Origin: Vicinamibacterales bacterium | GTDB lineage: Bacteria > Acidobacteriota > Vicinamibacteria > Vicinamibacterales > 2-12-FULL-66-21 | Assembly: GCA_035491715.1 (NCBI GenBank) | Contig: DATJKH010000029.1 | Location: forward strand, 23,555 to 87,554 | DNA length: 64,000 bases | Direction of reading: 5' to 3' | Shown: positions 17,020-26,466 of the stretch, one piece after another | Numbering within the stretch: position 1 is the first letter of the stretch | Layout: every line of letters starts with the position of its first letter | The notes under the pieces: generated by a model | Seen by the model: only the letters and a program-made list of their open reading frames with translations | What the model was told of the DNA's origin: nothing | The model's database searches: none | Translations under genes and position numbers: made by a program

Positions 17020-18830
17020 TTCTGTTGATCCTCGATTATCTGCTTCAGCTCAGCCGGCAGCGGTGGAATCGGGACCCGACGGACGGCCATCGTCCCGTCC
17101 GAAGACTTCACCGTCACGATGTTGATTGTGCCGAACTCCTGGACCTTGTCCGGAAAGTCCTCGCGGAAGTGACCGCCGCGACTTTCTTTCCGTTCGATGG
17201 CGGATCGAGTGATCGCCTCGGACACCGTCAACAGGTTCTGCAGGTCGATGGCCGTGTGCCATCCAGGGTTGTACTCGCGATGTCCGGACACCGAGGCGCG
17301 TGCAGCCCGTGATTTCAACGCGTCGAGCCCGCCGAGCGCCTGCTGCATGTCCGACTCTGTCCGGACGATGCCGACGAGATGTTGCATCATCTCCTGGAGG
17401 GCTGTCTGCACTGCGTATGGGTTCTCCGCTCCGCTCTGACGGTCGAAGGGGCTCACCGCACCATCTACGGCGCGTTGTACTTCGCCGCGATCGATCGCGA
17501 CGCCTGCATTCTGCCTGGCGAATTGCGCGGCGTACTCGCCCGCCCGTTTGCCGAATACGAGCAGGTCCGACAATGAATTGCCGCCGAGACGGTTGGCGCC
17601 ATTGATGCCGGCGGCACACTCACCAGCCGCAAACAGGCCGGGTACGGTCGACATCTGGGAGTCGCTGTCGACTCGCACGCCCCCCATGATGTAGTGGGTC
17701 GTCGGCCCAATCTCCATCGGTTCCCTGGTGATGTCGATGTCGGCCAGCTCCTTGAACTGGTGATACATGCTCGGCAGCTTGCGACGGATGTGTGCTTCGG
17801 CGTCGGGCAGCCGTTTCTTGATCCACGAGATGTCGAGAAACACCCCGCCTCGCGGGCTGCCGCGTCCTTCCCGTACTTCGCGCATGATGCAGCGTGCGAC
17901 ATGATCGCGCGTCAGCAATTCGGGTGGACGCCGCGCGTTTTTGTCACCCTGCGTGTATCGCCAGCCTTCGTCTTCGGTGTCGGCCGTCTGCTGCCGGTAG
18001 TTGTCCGGGATCGAATCAAACATGAACCGCCGGCCTTCGCTGTTGAGCAGAATGCCCCCCTCGCCGCGAACGCCTTCGGTGACGAGAATGCCCTGGACGC
18101 TGGGCGGCCAGATCATCCCGGTCGGATGGAACTGAATGAATTCCATGTCCATCAGTTCCGCGCCGGCATGATAGGCCAGCGCATGCCCGTCGCCGGTGCC
18201 TTCCCAACTGTTGCTGGTGATCTTGTAGGCTCGGCCGGTACCGCCGGTGGCGAGGACGACAGCGCGCGCCCCGAACACTTTGAATCGTCCGCGATCGCGC
18301 TCGTAACCGACCACGCCGGATGCGCGTCCGTCGGTCTTCAAGAGACGCACGACCGTGAACTCCATGTGAACGTCGATGCCGCGGTGGACACCGTGATCCT
18401 GGAGTGTGCGGATCAGTTCGAGACCGGTGCGATCGCCAACGTGCGCGAGGCGCGGATACCGATGACCGCCGAAATTGCGCTGAAGGATTCGGCCGTCGGC
18501 TGTGCGATCGAAGACCGCGCCCCATGCTTCCAGTTCACGGACGCGGTCGGGTGATTCCTTCGCATGCAGCTCCGCCATCCGCCAGTTGTTGACGTACTGG
18601 CCACCGCGCATCGTGTCGGCGAAATGCACTTTCCAGCTATCGCGATCGTCGACGTTCGCGAGCGCCGCTGCGACGCCTCCCTCGGCCATCACCGTGTGCG
18701 CTTTGCCGAGGAGCGACTTGCAAATCAAGCCGACCTTCACGCCCGCGGCCGATGCTTCGATCGCGGCGCGAAGTCCAGCGCCACCGGCGCCGATTACCAG
18801 AACGTCGTACTCGTGCGTTTCTAAGTCCAT
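17016..18830 (-). CDS. sdhA: succinate dehydrogenase / fumarate reductase flavoprotein subunit
   Basis: FAD-binding start DVLVIGAGGAGLRAA, then HTVMAEGG, HPTG and RLGGNSL blocks. It overlaps sdhB by 4 nt. Confidence 0.9.
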   Translation of the reverse strand: MDLETHEYDVLVIGAGGAGLRAAIEASAAGVKVGLICKSLLGKAHTVMAEGGVAAALANVDDRDSWKVHFADTMRGGQYVNNWRMAELHAKESPDRVRELEAWGAVFDRTADGRILQRNFGGHRYPRLAHVGDRTGLELIRTLQDHGVHRGIDVHMEFTVVRLLKTDGRASGVVGYERDRGRFKVFGARAVVLATGGTGRAYKITSNSWEGTGDGHALAYHAGAELMDMEFIQFHPTGMIWPPSVQGILVTEGVRGEGGILLNSEGRRFMFDSIPDNYRQQTADTEDEGWRYTQGDKNARRPPELLTRDHVARCIMREVREGRGSPRGGVFLDISWIKKRLPDAEAHIRRKLPSMYHQFKELADIDITREPMEIGPTTHYIMGGVRVDSDSQMSTVPGLFAAGECAAGINGANRLGGNSLSDLLVFGKRAGEYAAQFARQNAGVAIDRGEVQRAVDGAVSPFDRQSGAENPYAVQTALQEMMQHLVGIVRTESDMQQALGGLDALKSRAARASVSGHREYNPGWHTAIDLQNLLTVSEAITRSAIERKESRGGHFREDFPDKVQEFGTINIVTVKSSDGTMAVRRVPIPPLPAELKQIIEDQQK

Positions 18831-18860
18831 GCTGCTGATTCGGTGTGAGTTGATCTCGTA

Positions 18861-18887
18861 TGTCGGGCGCGGTCTTCTGACCGCGCC
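18861..18887. repeat. REP-like palindromic element inside the sdh operon
   Basis: TGTCGGGCGCGGTCTTCTGACCGCGCC has a 9-bp stem (GGCGCGGTC/GACCGCGCC) and lies in the 63-nt gap between the membrane-subunit gene and sdhA. Confidence 0.6.
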
Positions 18888-18893
18888 ACGGAA

Positions 18894-19694
18894 TCAGAGA
18901 ATCCGGAAATCGGTCCAGACCCCCATCGAGCAGAGCCGCACGTACACATCGGCGAATGCGACGGAGAACAGGCTGCACCAGGCAAAGAGCTGATGCCGCC
19001 GGTTGAGACCGGAGACGCACGAGTAGCAGGACCAGCGAAGACCTGACGTCGAAATCTCATCGCGGCCCCCGCCCACCAGATGACGCAGCGAGTGGCAACT
19101 GAATGTGTAGCCGGCGAGGAGCACGGTGTTGGCCGACAGCACGATGCTGCCGATGCCGATGCCGAAATGTCCGACGCCGGCAGTGTCAGTGAACCAGAAC
19201 GACTTGATGGCGTCGACGGTCAAAATGACGATGAACAAGATTCCGAGATACAGAAAGTAGCGATGGACGTTCTGCAGGATCAGCGGGAAGAATCGTTCGC
19301 CGAGATAGGTCTTGCGTGGCTCGCCGACGGTACAGGCCATGGGGTCGGCCCAGAACGCTTTATAGTAGGCACCGCGGTAGTAATAACAGGTGAACCGGAA
19401 ACCGCCAGGGGCCCAGAGAATCAGCAACGCCGCCGAAAACGGCAGCGCCCCGGGCCACCAGCCCGGCTTCGGACCGAACCAGGCGTTCCCGCTATCGCCA
19501 AAGAGCAGCGGCGAGTAGAACGGCGAGAGGTACGGGCCGTATTCGAAATGATTGCCTTGAAAGGCGGCCCATGTCGCGTAGACAAGAAACGCCGAGAGTC
19601 CGAGAAAAACCAGAAGAGGTTGAAGCCACCACGCGTCGCGACGAGTTGTTTCTCCGAACTTACGCTGGGTCAAGGGCCACACGGCCTGCGCCAT
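18894..19694 (-). CDS. putative succinate dehydrogenase membrane anchor (actinobacterial Sdh1 / Rv0249c-like polytopic protein)
   Basis: A 266-aa multi-TM protein directly upstream of sdhA-sdhB on the same strand. The assignment rests on position and topology only. Confidence 0.55.
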   Translation of the reverse strand: MAQAVWPLTQRKFGETTRRDAWWLQPLLVFLGLSAFLVYATWAAFQGNHFEYGPYLSPFYSPLLFGDSGNAWFGPKPGWWPGALPFSAALLILWAPGGFRFTCYYYRGAYYKAFWADPMACTVGEPRKTYLGERFFPLILQNVHRYFLYLGILFIVILTVDAIKSFWFTDTAGVGHFGIGIGSIVLSANTVLLAGYTFSCHSLRHLVGGGRDEISTSGLRWSCYSCVSGLNRRHQLFAWCSLFSVAFADVYVRLCSMGVWTDFRIL

Positions 19695-19780
19695 CGAGGA
19701 TCCTCCGAGGCTTCGTCAAGTGAGTGTCAAAACCATACTGGCGCTGGATTAGGATTGCAAGGGCCTGCGAGGTGATGCAC

Positions 19781-21385
19781 ATGAAACGAACGATCGTCGC
19801 CAGCGTACTTGCGTGTGCCGGTGTGTTGTGCGCCGTGGCCACGACTCGAGTGGCAGCCGTTCAGAAGAACGGCGGCAATCCGCTGCTGAAAGAGCCGCTG
19901 CGATTGAAGCAGGGACTAATCTCGGGTGTGCCCGGAACAAACGAGTCGATTGCCGTGTTCAAGGGGATTCCGTTTGCCGCGCCTCCCGTCGGCGCCGGCC
20001 GCTGGCGCGCGCCAGGCCCCGCTGCCGGATGGTCCGGAGTGCGAAAGGCGGAGGCATTTTCACCGAGTTGCATTCAGTCCATCGCCACCGAGCGAAAGCC
20101 GTGGACGTACGAGTTCATGACGCATGGCGAGATCAGCGAGGACTGTCTTTATCTGAACGTGTGGACGCCTGCCACCTCCGCCACCGCGCGCCGGCCGGTG
20201 TTCGTCTACATCTATGGCGGCGGCAACGTCGAGGGTTCAGGTGCCGTGCCCGTCTATGACGGCGAAGGCCTGGCGTCGAAGGGGCTCGTCGTCGTGACGT
20301 TCAATTACCGCGTCGGTGTGCTCGGCTTCTTCACGCATCCAGAGTTGTCCAAAGAATCGCCGGCGCAGGCATCGGGCAATTACGGGCTGCTCGATCAGAT
20401 CGCGGCCGTCAAGTGGGTGCACGACAACATTGCCGCATTTGGCGGTGATCCGGCGCGGATTACGATTGCGGGTCAGTCGGCCGGAGCGAGCGCCGTGCAC
20501 AACCTGACGGCATCTCCGCTCGCCAAGGGCCTCTTTCACCGGGGCATTGCCGACAGTGGATCGAGCATCGCTGCAGGGGGCGCGCGGCCACTCAAGGATC
20601 AGGAAGCCGACGGGGTGCGCTTTGCCGACGCGAAGGGAGTCCACTCGCTTGCCGAACTGCGTGCAATGAACTGGAAGGAGGTCATCGCGCCAATCACTCC
20701 CGCGCCGACACCGGCGGTGCGGTTCACGATCGTTACCGACGGCTACGCCCTGCCGGTCACGGAAAAGGATGCGTTTGCGCGAGGAACTCAGAATGATGTT
20801 CCGACGATTACCGGCCTGAACGCCGACGAGAACGGCGCCTCACCCCACCCGACGATTACGCGTGACGCGTATGAGAAGCAGGCGCGGCAGCGCTATGGCG
20901 ACATGGCCGATGAGTTTTTGAAACTGTATCCCGCAGCCAACGATGAGGATGCCCGCGCGGCGCAGAACGAGAGTTCACGCGATCAAGCGCGCGTCTCGAT
21001 GTACTTGTGGGCGCTCAATCGCCATCGTACCGCGAAGACTCCGGCGTTCACCTATTTCTGGACGCACGCATTGCCCGGTCCGGACGTCGACCAGTACGGA
21101 GCATTTCATACGTCAGAAGTGCCGTACGTGTTGAACACCCTCTCGCGTTCGGATCGCCCGTTTACCGACGTCGATCGCAAGATCGCGGACACGCTGTCGT
21201 CATACTGGGCCAACTTCGCGACCACCGGCGACCCGAACGGCAAAGGCCTGCAACGGTGGGCCCCCGTGTCGGTCGATTCGCCGATGACCATGGAAGTTGG
21301 CGACAATTTCCGCTCGATCCCGGTTGCGAGCAGCAAGGAACGGCTGGAGTTCTTCCGTCGCTTTCTCACCAAAAGCGGCACCTAA
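19781..21385 (+). CDS. type-B carboxylesterase/lipase family protein, secreted
   Basis: Contains the G-x-S-x-G nucleophile elbow in ITIAGQSAGASAV and the oxyanion block YIYGGG(N). Starting at the internal ATG 19781 gives the signal peptide MKRTIVASVLACAGVLCAVA. Confidence 0.85.
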   Translation: MKRTIVASVLACAGVLCAVATTRVAAVQKNGGNPLLKEPLRLKQGLISGVPGTNESIAVFKGIPFAAPPVGAGRWRAPGPAAGWSGVRKAEAFSPSCIQSIATERKPWTYEFMTHGEISEDCLYLNVWTPATSATARRPVFVYIYGGGNVEGSGAVPVYDGEGLASKGLVVVTFNYRVGVLGFFTHPELSKESPAQASGNYGLLDQIAAVKWVHDNIAAFGGDPARITIAGQSAGASAVHNLTASPLAKGLFHRGIADSGSSIAAGGARPLKDQEADGVRFADAKGVHSLAELRAMNWKEVIAPITPAPTPAVRFTIVTDGYALPVTEKDAFARGTQNDVPTITGLNADENGASPHPTITRDAYEKQARQRYGDMADEFLKLYPAANDEDARAAQNESSRDQARVSMYLWALNRHRTAKTPAFTYFWTHALPGPDVDQYGAFHTSEVPYVLNTLSRSDRPFTDVDRKIADTLSSYWANFATTGDPNGKGLQRWAPVSVDSPMTMEVGDNFRSIPVASSKERLEFFRRFLTKSGT

Positions 21386-21443
21386 CACGCGCCAGCCGGC
21401 CGACAGGAAAGCCTCTTGCAACTGGCGCTGCAGGAGGCAGTGC

Positions 21444-21941
21444 ATGTCCGACGATCGGAGCGCATCGACTCAACGCGAGCTCAGCAGCGAAGAGAAGCGC
21501 GCAAACGTCATCCGTCTCGCATTTGGCGGCAGCGAGCAGCGTTTCAACGAATTCGTCCAGGTCGTCCGGGACGCGATCCCGCCGGGCACCGGCGTGGTTC
21601 TCCGTGGCAGCGCGGTGACCGGCGAACGATGGAAGGACGGCGCCCCCTTTGACAGCGACGGTCCCGGGACCAGCGACCTCGACTTGACGCTCGTCGGCGG
21701 TGATGAGGTCATCGGTCTCTACAAAGTCACCGGCTTCTGGGTGCCCGGCATTCACTCCCGTCCGCTGAGCGACGAGGATCCCGACATTGCCCCCTCACTG
21801 GTCCCGCTGCGCAACCGTCTTGTGGAAATGGTGAACAGGCCGGTGAATATCCAGGGCTCACGCGACGTCGTGATCTACTTCCGCGGCGAGCTGATCGGCC
21901 AGCCTTATCTCGTGCTCATCGATAAAGAGCAGACGGAGTGA
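21444..21941 (+). CDS. hypothetical protein with a possible minimal pol-beta-type nucleotidyltransferase motif
   Basis: AGGAGG lies 6-11 nt upstream of ATG 21444. The sequence LRGSAVTG...(insert)...TSDLDLTLVG resembles the G-S ... D-x-D NTase signature. This is a weak call made by eye. Confidence 0.4.
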   Translation: MSDDRSASTQRELSSEEKRANVIRLAFGGSEQRFNEFVQVVRDAIPPGTGVVLRGSAVTGERWKDGAPFDSDGPGTSDLDLTLVGGDEVIGLYKVTGFWVPGIHSRPLSDEDPDIAPSLVPLRNRLVEMVNRPVNIQGSRDVVIYFRGELIGQPYLVLIDKEQTE

Positions 21942-21942
21942 C

Positions 21943-22689
21943 GTGCCGCTTCGCGTCTTGACCTACAACATCTGCCGCGGCGGCGCCGGCAAGGAGGATC
22001 AGATCGCCGCGGTGATCGCGTCCATTCAGCCAGATATCACGGTCTTTCAAGAAGCGACCATCCCGGCAGTGATCGAGAAAGTCGCCGCCCGCACCGGCAT
22101 GGCTCAGTGGGCCTCGTCGCGTGGGGAGTCGCTCGCATTCATGAGCGCAAAGGCCGTTCGCCACTTCGAGTGGCATCATCCGCGGCTGTCGCGTCACGCG
22201 TTTCTCGAGATCGAACCGGGCCATGGAGAGCTGCGCATCTTCGGTGTGCACTTGAGCGCGCTGTACTCTGCGTGGACCGAGCGGCATCGCGTGATCGAAC
22301 TTCGCGCGCTGCTCGCAAGTATCGCGCGCCATCAGCACGGTTTTCACCTGCTCGCCGGCGACTTCAACACACTGGCGCCCGGCGATCTGCTCGATTTCCG
22401 GAAGTTACCCCATCGCCTGCGCGCCCTCGTGTGGTTGAGCGGCGGGAACATTCGATGGCGGACCATTCAGCTGGTGCTCGATGGTGGATACATCGATGCG
22501 TATCGGCTGCTTCATGGCTCGGACGTCGGCTATACGTTTCCTACCTGGGCGCCGCATGTCCGCCTCGATTACGTCTTCACGCCCACGGCGTTTTCGAACC
22601 GGGTTCGCCGCTGCGAGATCGTGACGCACGCCGCCGCCGCGGCCGCCTCAGATCACCTGCCGCTCGCCGTGGAGGTGGACTTTGGCTGA
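21943..22689 (+). CDS. endonuclease/exonuclease/phosphatase (EEP) family protein
   Basis: [19 protein letters not shown] and SDHLPL blocks are present. The GTG start lies 2 nt after the upstream stop. Confidence 0.8.
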   Translation: MPLRVLTYNICRGGAGKEDQIAAVIASIQPDITVFQEATIPAVIEKVAARTGMAQWASSRGESLAFMSAKAVRHFEWHHPRLSRHAFLEIEPGHGELRIFGVHLSALYSAWTERHRVIELRALLASIARHQHGFHLLAGDFNTLAPGDLLDFRKLPHRLRALVWLSGGNIRWRTIQLVLDGGYIDAYRLLHGSDVGYTFPTWAPHVRLDYVFTPTAFSNRVRRCEIVTHAAAAAASDHLPLAVEVDFG

Positions 22690-25058
22690 GGCTTCAGCGC
22701 GTCGGCGACAGCGACCCATGATGGTGCGTTTACGCCAAGCAAGTGGCGCACGAAATAGTCGTATCGCTTGTGATCGCCGTACGCCCCTCCCGAGCCGTGA
22801 TCCGCGCCGGGGATGACGAGGAGTTCGAAATCCTTGTTGTGTTTGATGAGCTGATTGACGACCTGCATTGTCGATGACGGGTCGACGTTGTGATCCATTT
22901 CGCCGACCACCAGCAACACTCTTCCCTGAAGCCGGTAGGCGTTATCCACGTTCGAGGATTCCGCGTACTCGGCGCCAATCGGCCAGCCCATCCACTGCTC
23001 GTTCCACCAGATCTTGTCCATTCGATTGTCGTGACAGCCGGCAAACGACACGCCGACCTTGTAAAACTCCGGATGGAACAGCAGGGCACCAAGCGAGTTC
23101 TGTCCGCCCGCTGACGTTCCATAAATTCCCACTCGCGAAATGTCGTAGTAGGAATATTTCGCGGCGACGGCCTTGTGCCAGAGAATCCTGTCCGGGAACC
23201 CCGCATCCTTGATGTTCTTCCACGCCACATCATGGAACGCCTTGGATCGATTGCTCGTCCCCATACCGTCAATCTGCACGACGACGAACCCGAGATCCGC
23301 CTGTGCCTGCATCTGGTTGAATGCGGCAAAGGATTTCGGCACGAACGAGCTGTGCGGCCCGGCGTAGATGTTTTCGATCACCGGATACTTTTTCGCCGGA
23401 TCGAAGCGAGTCGGTCGATAGATGACGCCCCAGATGTCGGTGGCACCGTCGCGTCCCTTGGCAGTGAAGACTTCTGGCGGCTTCCATCCTGCTCGCACCA
23501 GTCCAGTGATGTCTGCTTTCTCGAGTTCCAGGACCAGAGATTTGTCCGAGGTCCGGTGCAACTCAGCGACTGGTGCAGCGTCGACGCGTGAATACGTGTC
23601 GACAAAGTAGGTCATATCGGGCGACAGCGAGACGCTGTGATTTGCATCGGCACTGGTCAGCGGCGTCAGGTCTGTACCATCGAAGTTGATCCGGTAGAAA
23701 TGAACGAAATACGGATCCTTTCCTGGATACATGCCGCTTGCACTGAACCAGATTTGCCGCTTCTCCTCGTTGACGTCGACCACCGATCGCACAGGCCACT
23801 GCCCAGTAGTGATCGGGTTCTTCACATTGCCGGTGGCGCCATCGTACAGATACAAGTGGTTCCAACCATCGCGCTCCGACATCCAGATCACTTCGCGGCC
23901 GTCGCCGATGTCCCTTCGGAACCGCTTTCCGGAATAACAGAAGAACGTTTTTGCCTCTTCGCTGATCACGGCGCGCGCGCTGCCGGTGGCCGCGTCGATT
24001 TCGATCACGCGATAGACCTGGTGGCCACGCTGGTTGTACTCGAACGTGATCGCGCCGCTGTTTTTCCGCCAGACCAGCCGGCTGAGATCGTATGCGTTGG
24101 GGAATAACACGTTGCTGACGACATGCGCGGTCTTGTCGGCCACACTCACGATGACCGGCGTCTCGACGTCCAATAGATCACCTGGCTTGGCATACTGCAT
24201 CGTCGAGTTCGAGGGCTGCAGTTGGTCCTCAGGCGAGGACTCGACGTAGTGGATGTAGCGGCGGAACCCGGGAGCGACTTTGTAAACGGCGAGCTTCGTC
24301 GAGTCGGGCGACCACTCCAGCGATTCAGGATCGTAATAATTCCCTTCGGAGCCGTCGGATGTGAGCGACGTCAATGTGCGGCTGCCGATCTGACGAACCG
24401 CGACGTTGTAGTTGCGAACGAGCGCTTCGAATTTGCCGTCGGGTGATTTCTTCGGCTCAGCGCCATTGATATCGAATGCGGCGCGAACCGGTCCCGCCAG
24501 CCCTCCACCGCCGCGGCCACGTCCGGCCGCGCGCGACTCCTTGCAGGTATACGAGTCGAGCGTGCAGCGCCACGTCGGCCGAGGCGTCCCCGGAGGCCCG
24601 GCGGTCGCTCCGCCCGGTTGGAACTCGATCGCTCGGTCGTCGTCCACGAAGCTGAAGGTGGTGAAGGGCAGGGTGACCGGCGTGTACTTCGTCCCGATCG
24701 CCGCAGATAAGGCGTCTGCCAGCTTGGCATGATCGAAGGCCGGCTCCTTCGTCTTCGTGTCAGCATTCACCAGGACGAAGGCGTTTCCACCAGGGACGGT
24801 CTTTCGATACCAGAATCGGTTCGTGTTTCTGATCCACTGGACCGATTCAGGAACGTTGATCGCGAGGGCCTGATAGCGATCGCGCAGCGTCATCGCTTGC
24901 ACGTAGTCGGCCACGGTCCCCTGCGCGTATGCCGGCGTTGAACCAATCAGCAACGCTGCCGCGGTAGCGCCGGTCGCGAGCCGCCAACCGCCAGCCGCCA
25001 GGAGCCAGGAGCCAGAAGCCAACAGCCACGAGCAAGAATCACTTGATCGCATACTCAC
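22653..25058 (-). CDS. S9-family serine peptidase (dipeptidyl-peptidase IV-like beta-propeller plus alpha/beta hydrolase)
   Basis: Catalytic Ser block [10 protein letters not shown]-terminal D and H blocks (GEMDHNV, GADHG), and a long N-terminal propeller region. The exact start is uncertain because the N-terminus is low-complexity. Confidence 0.85.
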   Translation of the reverse strand: MSMRSSDSCSWLLASGSWLLAAGGWRLATGATAAALLIGSTPAYAQGTVADYVQAMTLRDRYQALAINVPESVQWIRNTNRFWYRKTVPGGNAFVLVNADTKTKEPAFDHAKLADALSAAIGTKYTPVTLPFTTFSFVDDDRAIEFQPGGATAGPPGTPRPTWRCTLDSYTCKESRAAGRGRGGGGLAGPVRAAFDINGAEPKKSPDGKFEALVRNYNVAVRQIGSRTLTSLTSDGSEGNYYDPESLEWSPDSTKLAVYKVAPGFRRYIHYVESSPEDQLQPSNSTMQYAKPGDLLDVETPVIVSVADKTAHVVSNVLFPNAYDLSRLVWRKNSGAITFEYNQRGHQVYRVIEIDAATGSARAVISEEAKTFFCYSGKRFRRDIGDGREVIWMSERDGWNHLYLYDGATGNVKNPITTGQWPVRSVVDVNEEKRQIWFSASGMYPGKDPYFVHFYRINFDGTDLTPLTSADANHSVSLSPDMTYFVDTYSRVDAAPVAELHRTSDKSLVLELEKADITGLVRAGWKPPEVFTAKGRDGATDIWGVIYRPTRFDPAKKYPVIENIYAGPHSSFVPKSFAAFNQMQAQADLGFVVVQIDGMGTSNRSKAFHDVAWKNIKDAGFPDRILWHKAVAAKYSYYDISRVGIYGTSAGGQNSLGALLFHPEFYKVGVSFAGCHDNRMDKIWWNEQWMGWPIGAEYAESSNVDNAYRLQGRVLLVVGEMDHNVDPSSTMQVVNQLIKHNKDFELLVIPGADHGSGGAYGDHKRYDYFVRHLLGVNAPSWVAVADALKPQPKSTSTASGR

Positions 25059-26466
25059 TCAATCCGGGTTGGGCCATCAGACGCTCGATGGCATCGATCT
25101 CGATCGGCACAAACGCCGACAGATTGTCGTAGCCAGACTCAGTCACCAGAATCATGTCCTCGAGACGAATTCCAAGATGTTCGTCGTCGATCTGCATCGC
25201 GGGCTCGATTGTGAAAATGAACCCGGGTTCCAGCGTATCGGCGGTCATGCGGACGTCGTGCACTTCCATCCCAACTGAATGGCCAAGGCTGTTCGACGGG
25301 TTATTGCGATACCTCGTCACGAATGCCGTGGCTGCCGCCTTGATCTTCGGGTCGGTAAACTGGAACGAGGCCATGATCCCATCCATCTTCATGACCGCGT
25401 CACCCATGACGTCGCGCGGCGTTCTATGGACCTTGATCGACGTCATCAGCGCCTGATACAGCTTCAAGTAAATCGAATAGAACTCACGCTGCCGTGGTGT
25501 GAACTTGCCATTGGCGGGAAACACGCGGGTGACATCCGACTGGTAGTACTTGTAGTCGGGGGCATAGTCGAACTGAACGAGATCGCCATCCTCGATGCGG
25601 GCCGTGTTCTTGTGATAGTGCGAGTAGTAGGTGTTGCGGCCTGTCGCAATCAACGCAAAGTAGGAAGGTCCATAGGCGCCGTGCTTCTTGAACACGTACT
25701 CGGCGACCGCTTGGAGCTCGTACTCGTACATTCCCGGTTTCGCGTCGCGCATGGCCTCCATGATCCCGAGACCTGTGATTCGCGTCGCTTCGCGAATGAG
25801 CGCAATCTCGCGCGCGCTCTTGATGTCGCGGAGTCGATCAAGAATCGGATCGAGATCTTTGATTTCCGCCGTTGCCGTTGCCATCTTCAGCTTCTGGATG
25901 AATTGCTCTTCCCGCGAGATGCGGCCGTCCCAGGGATCATTCTTCGTGGCGTTGGCGAGGGCCCTTGGGTCGCTCGATGAGGCTTCGCCGAGCACCTCTG
26001 GCCTGAACGGCGTATAGATCGTGCGGCCCCCACTCAGAAGATCCGGCAGCAGCTTTCCAAACTCCTCGCGGGCCACAACCGCGTCAACGCCGAGTGCCCG
26101 TGCCACGTCGTCGCCTGGATGCAGCGCCGGCCCGTACATGCGCTGCTCGCGCCGCTCGCTGAACGGCTGCAGGAATATCGTGGTCTTTTTTGCGCGGCCA
26201 TCGACGACCGCGATCGCTCGAGGTTCGACGACTCCCGTCAGGTAGAAGAACTGATTGTTCTGTCGCAGCGCCTGCTCTCCGGGGCGCTCGGTCGTTCCCT
26301 GAAGGATGGCCACGCCTTCGCCAATGGCGGCGATCACCTTGGCGCGCCGCGCCGCGAATTCTTCCGGAGGGAAGATCTCGGTGCCAGTGAACACCGGCTG
26401 CGCCAGCCCGGTGATCACCCATGTAGAAATGCCCAACAGAATGCCGAAAATCTTTACAGCTTCCAT
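25039..26466 (-). CDS. M24-family Xaa-Pro aminopeptidase (aminopeptidase P-like), secreted
   Basis: Pita-bread metal ligand blocks [15 protein letters not shown] and TIEP are present, along with an N-terminal signal or anchor. Confidence 0.85.
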   Translation of the reverse strand: MEAVKIFGILLGISTWVITGLAQPVFTGTEIFPPEEFAARRAKVIAAIGEGVAILQGTTERPGEQALRQNNQFFYLTGVVEPRAIAVVDGRAKKTTIFLQPFSERREQRMYGPALHPGDDVARALGVDAVVAREEFGKLLPDLLSGGRTIYTPFRPEVLGEASSSDPRALANATKNDPWDGRISREEQFIQKLKMATATAEIKDLDPILDRLRDIKSAREIALIREATRITGLGIMEAMRDAKPGMYEYELQAVAEYVFKKHGAYGPSYFALIATGRNTYYSHYHKNTARIEDGDLVQFDYAPDYKYYQSDVTRVFPANGKFTPRQREFYSIYLKLYQALMTSIKVHRTPRDVMGDAVMKMDGIMASFQFTDPKIKAAATAFVTRYRNNPSNSLGHSVGMEVHDVRMTADTLEPGFIFTIEPAMQIDDEHLGIRLEDMILVTESGYDNLSAFVPIEIDAIERLMAQPGLSEYAIK

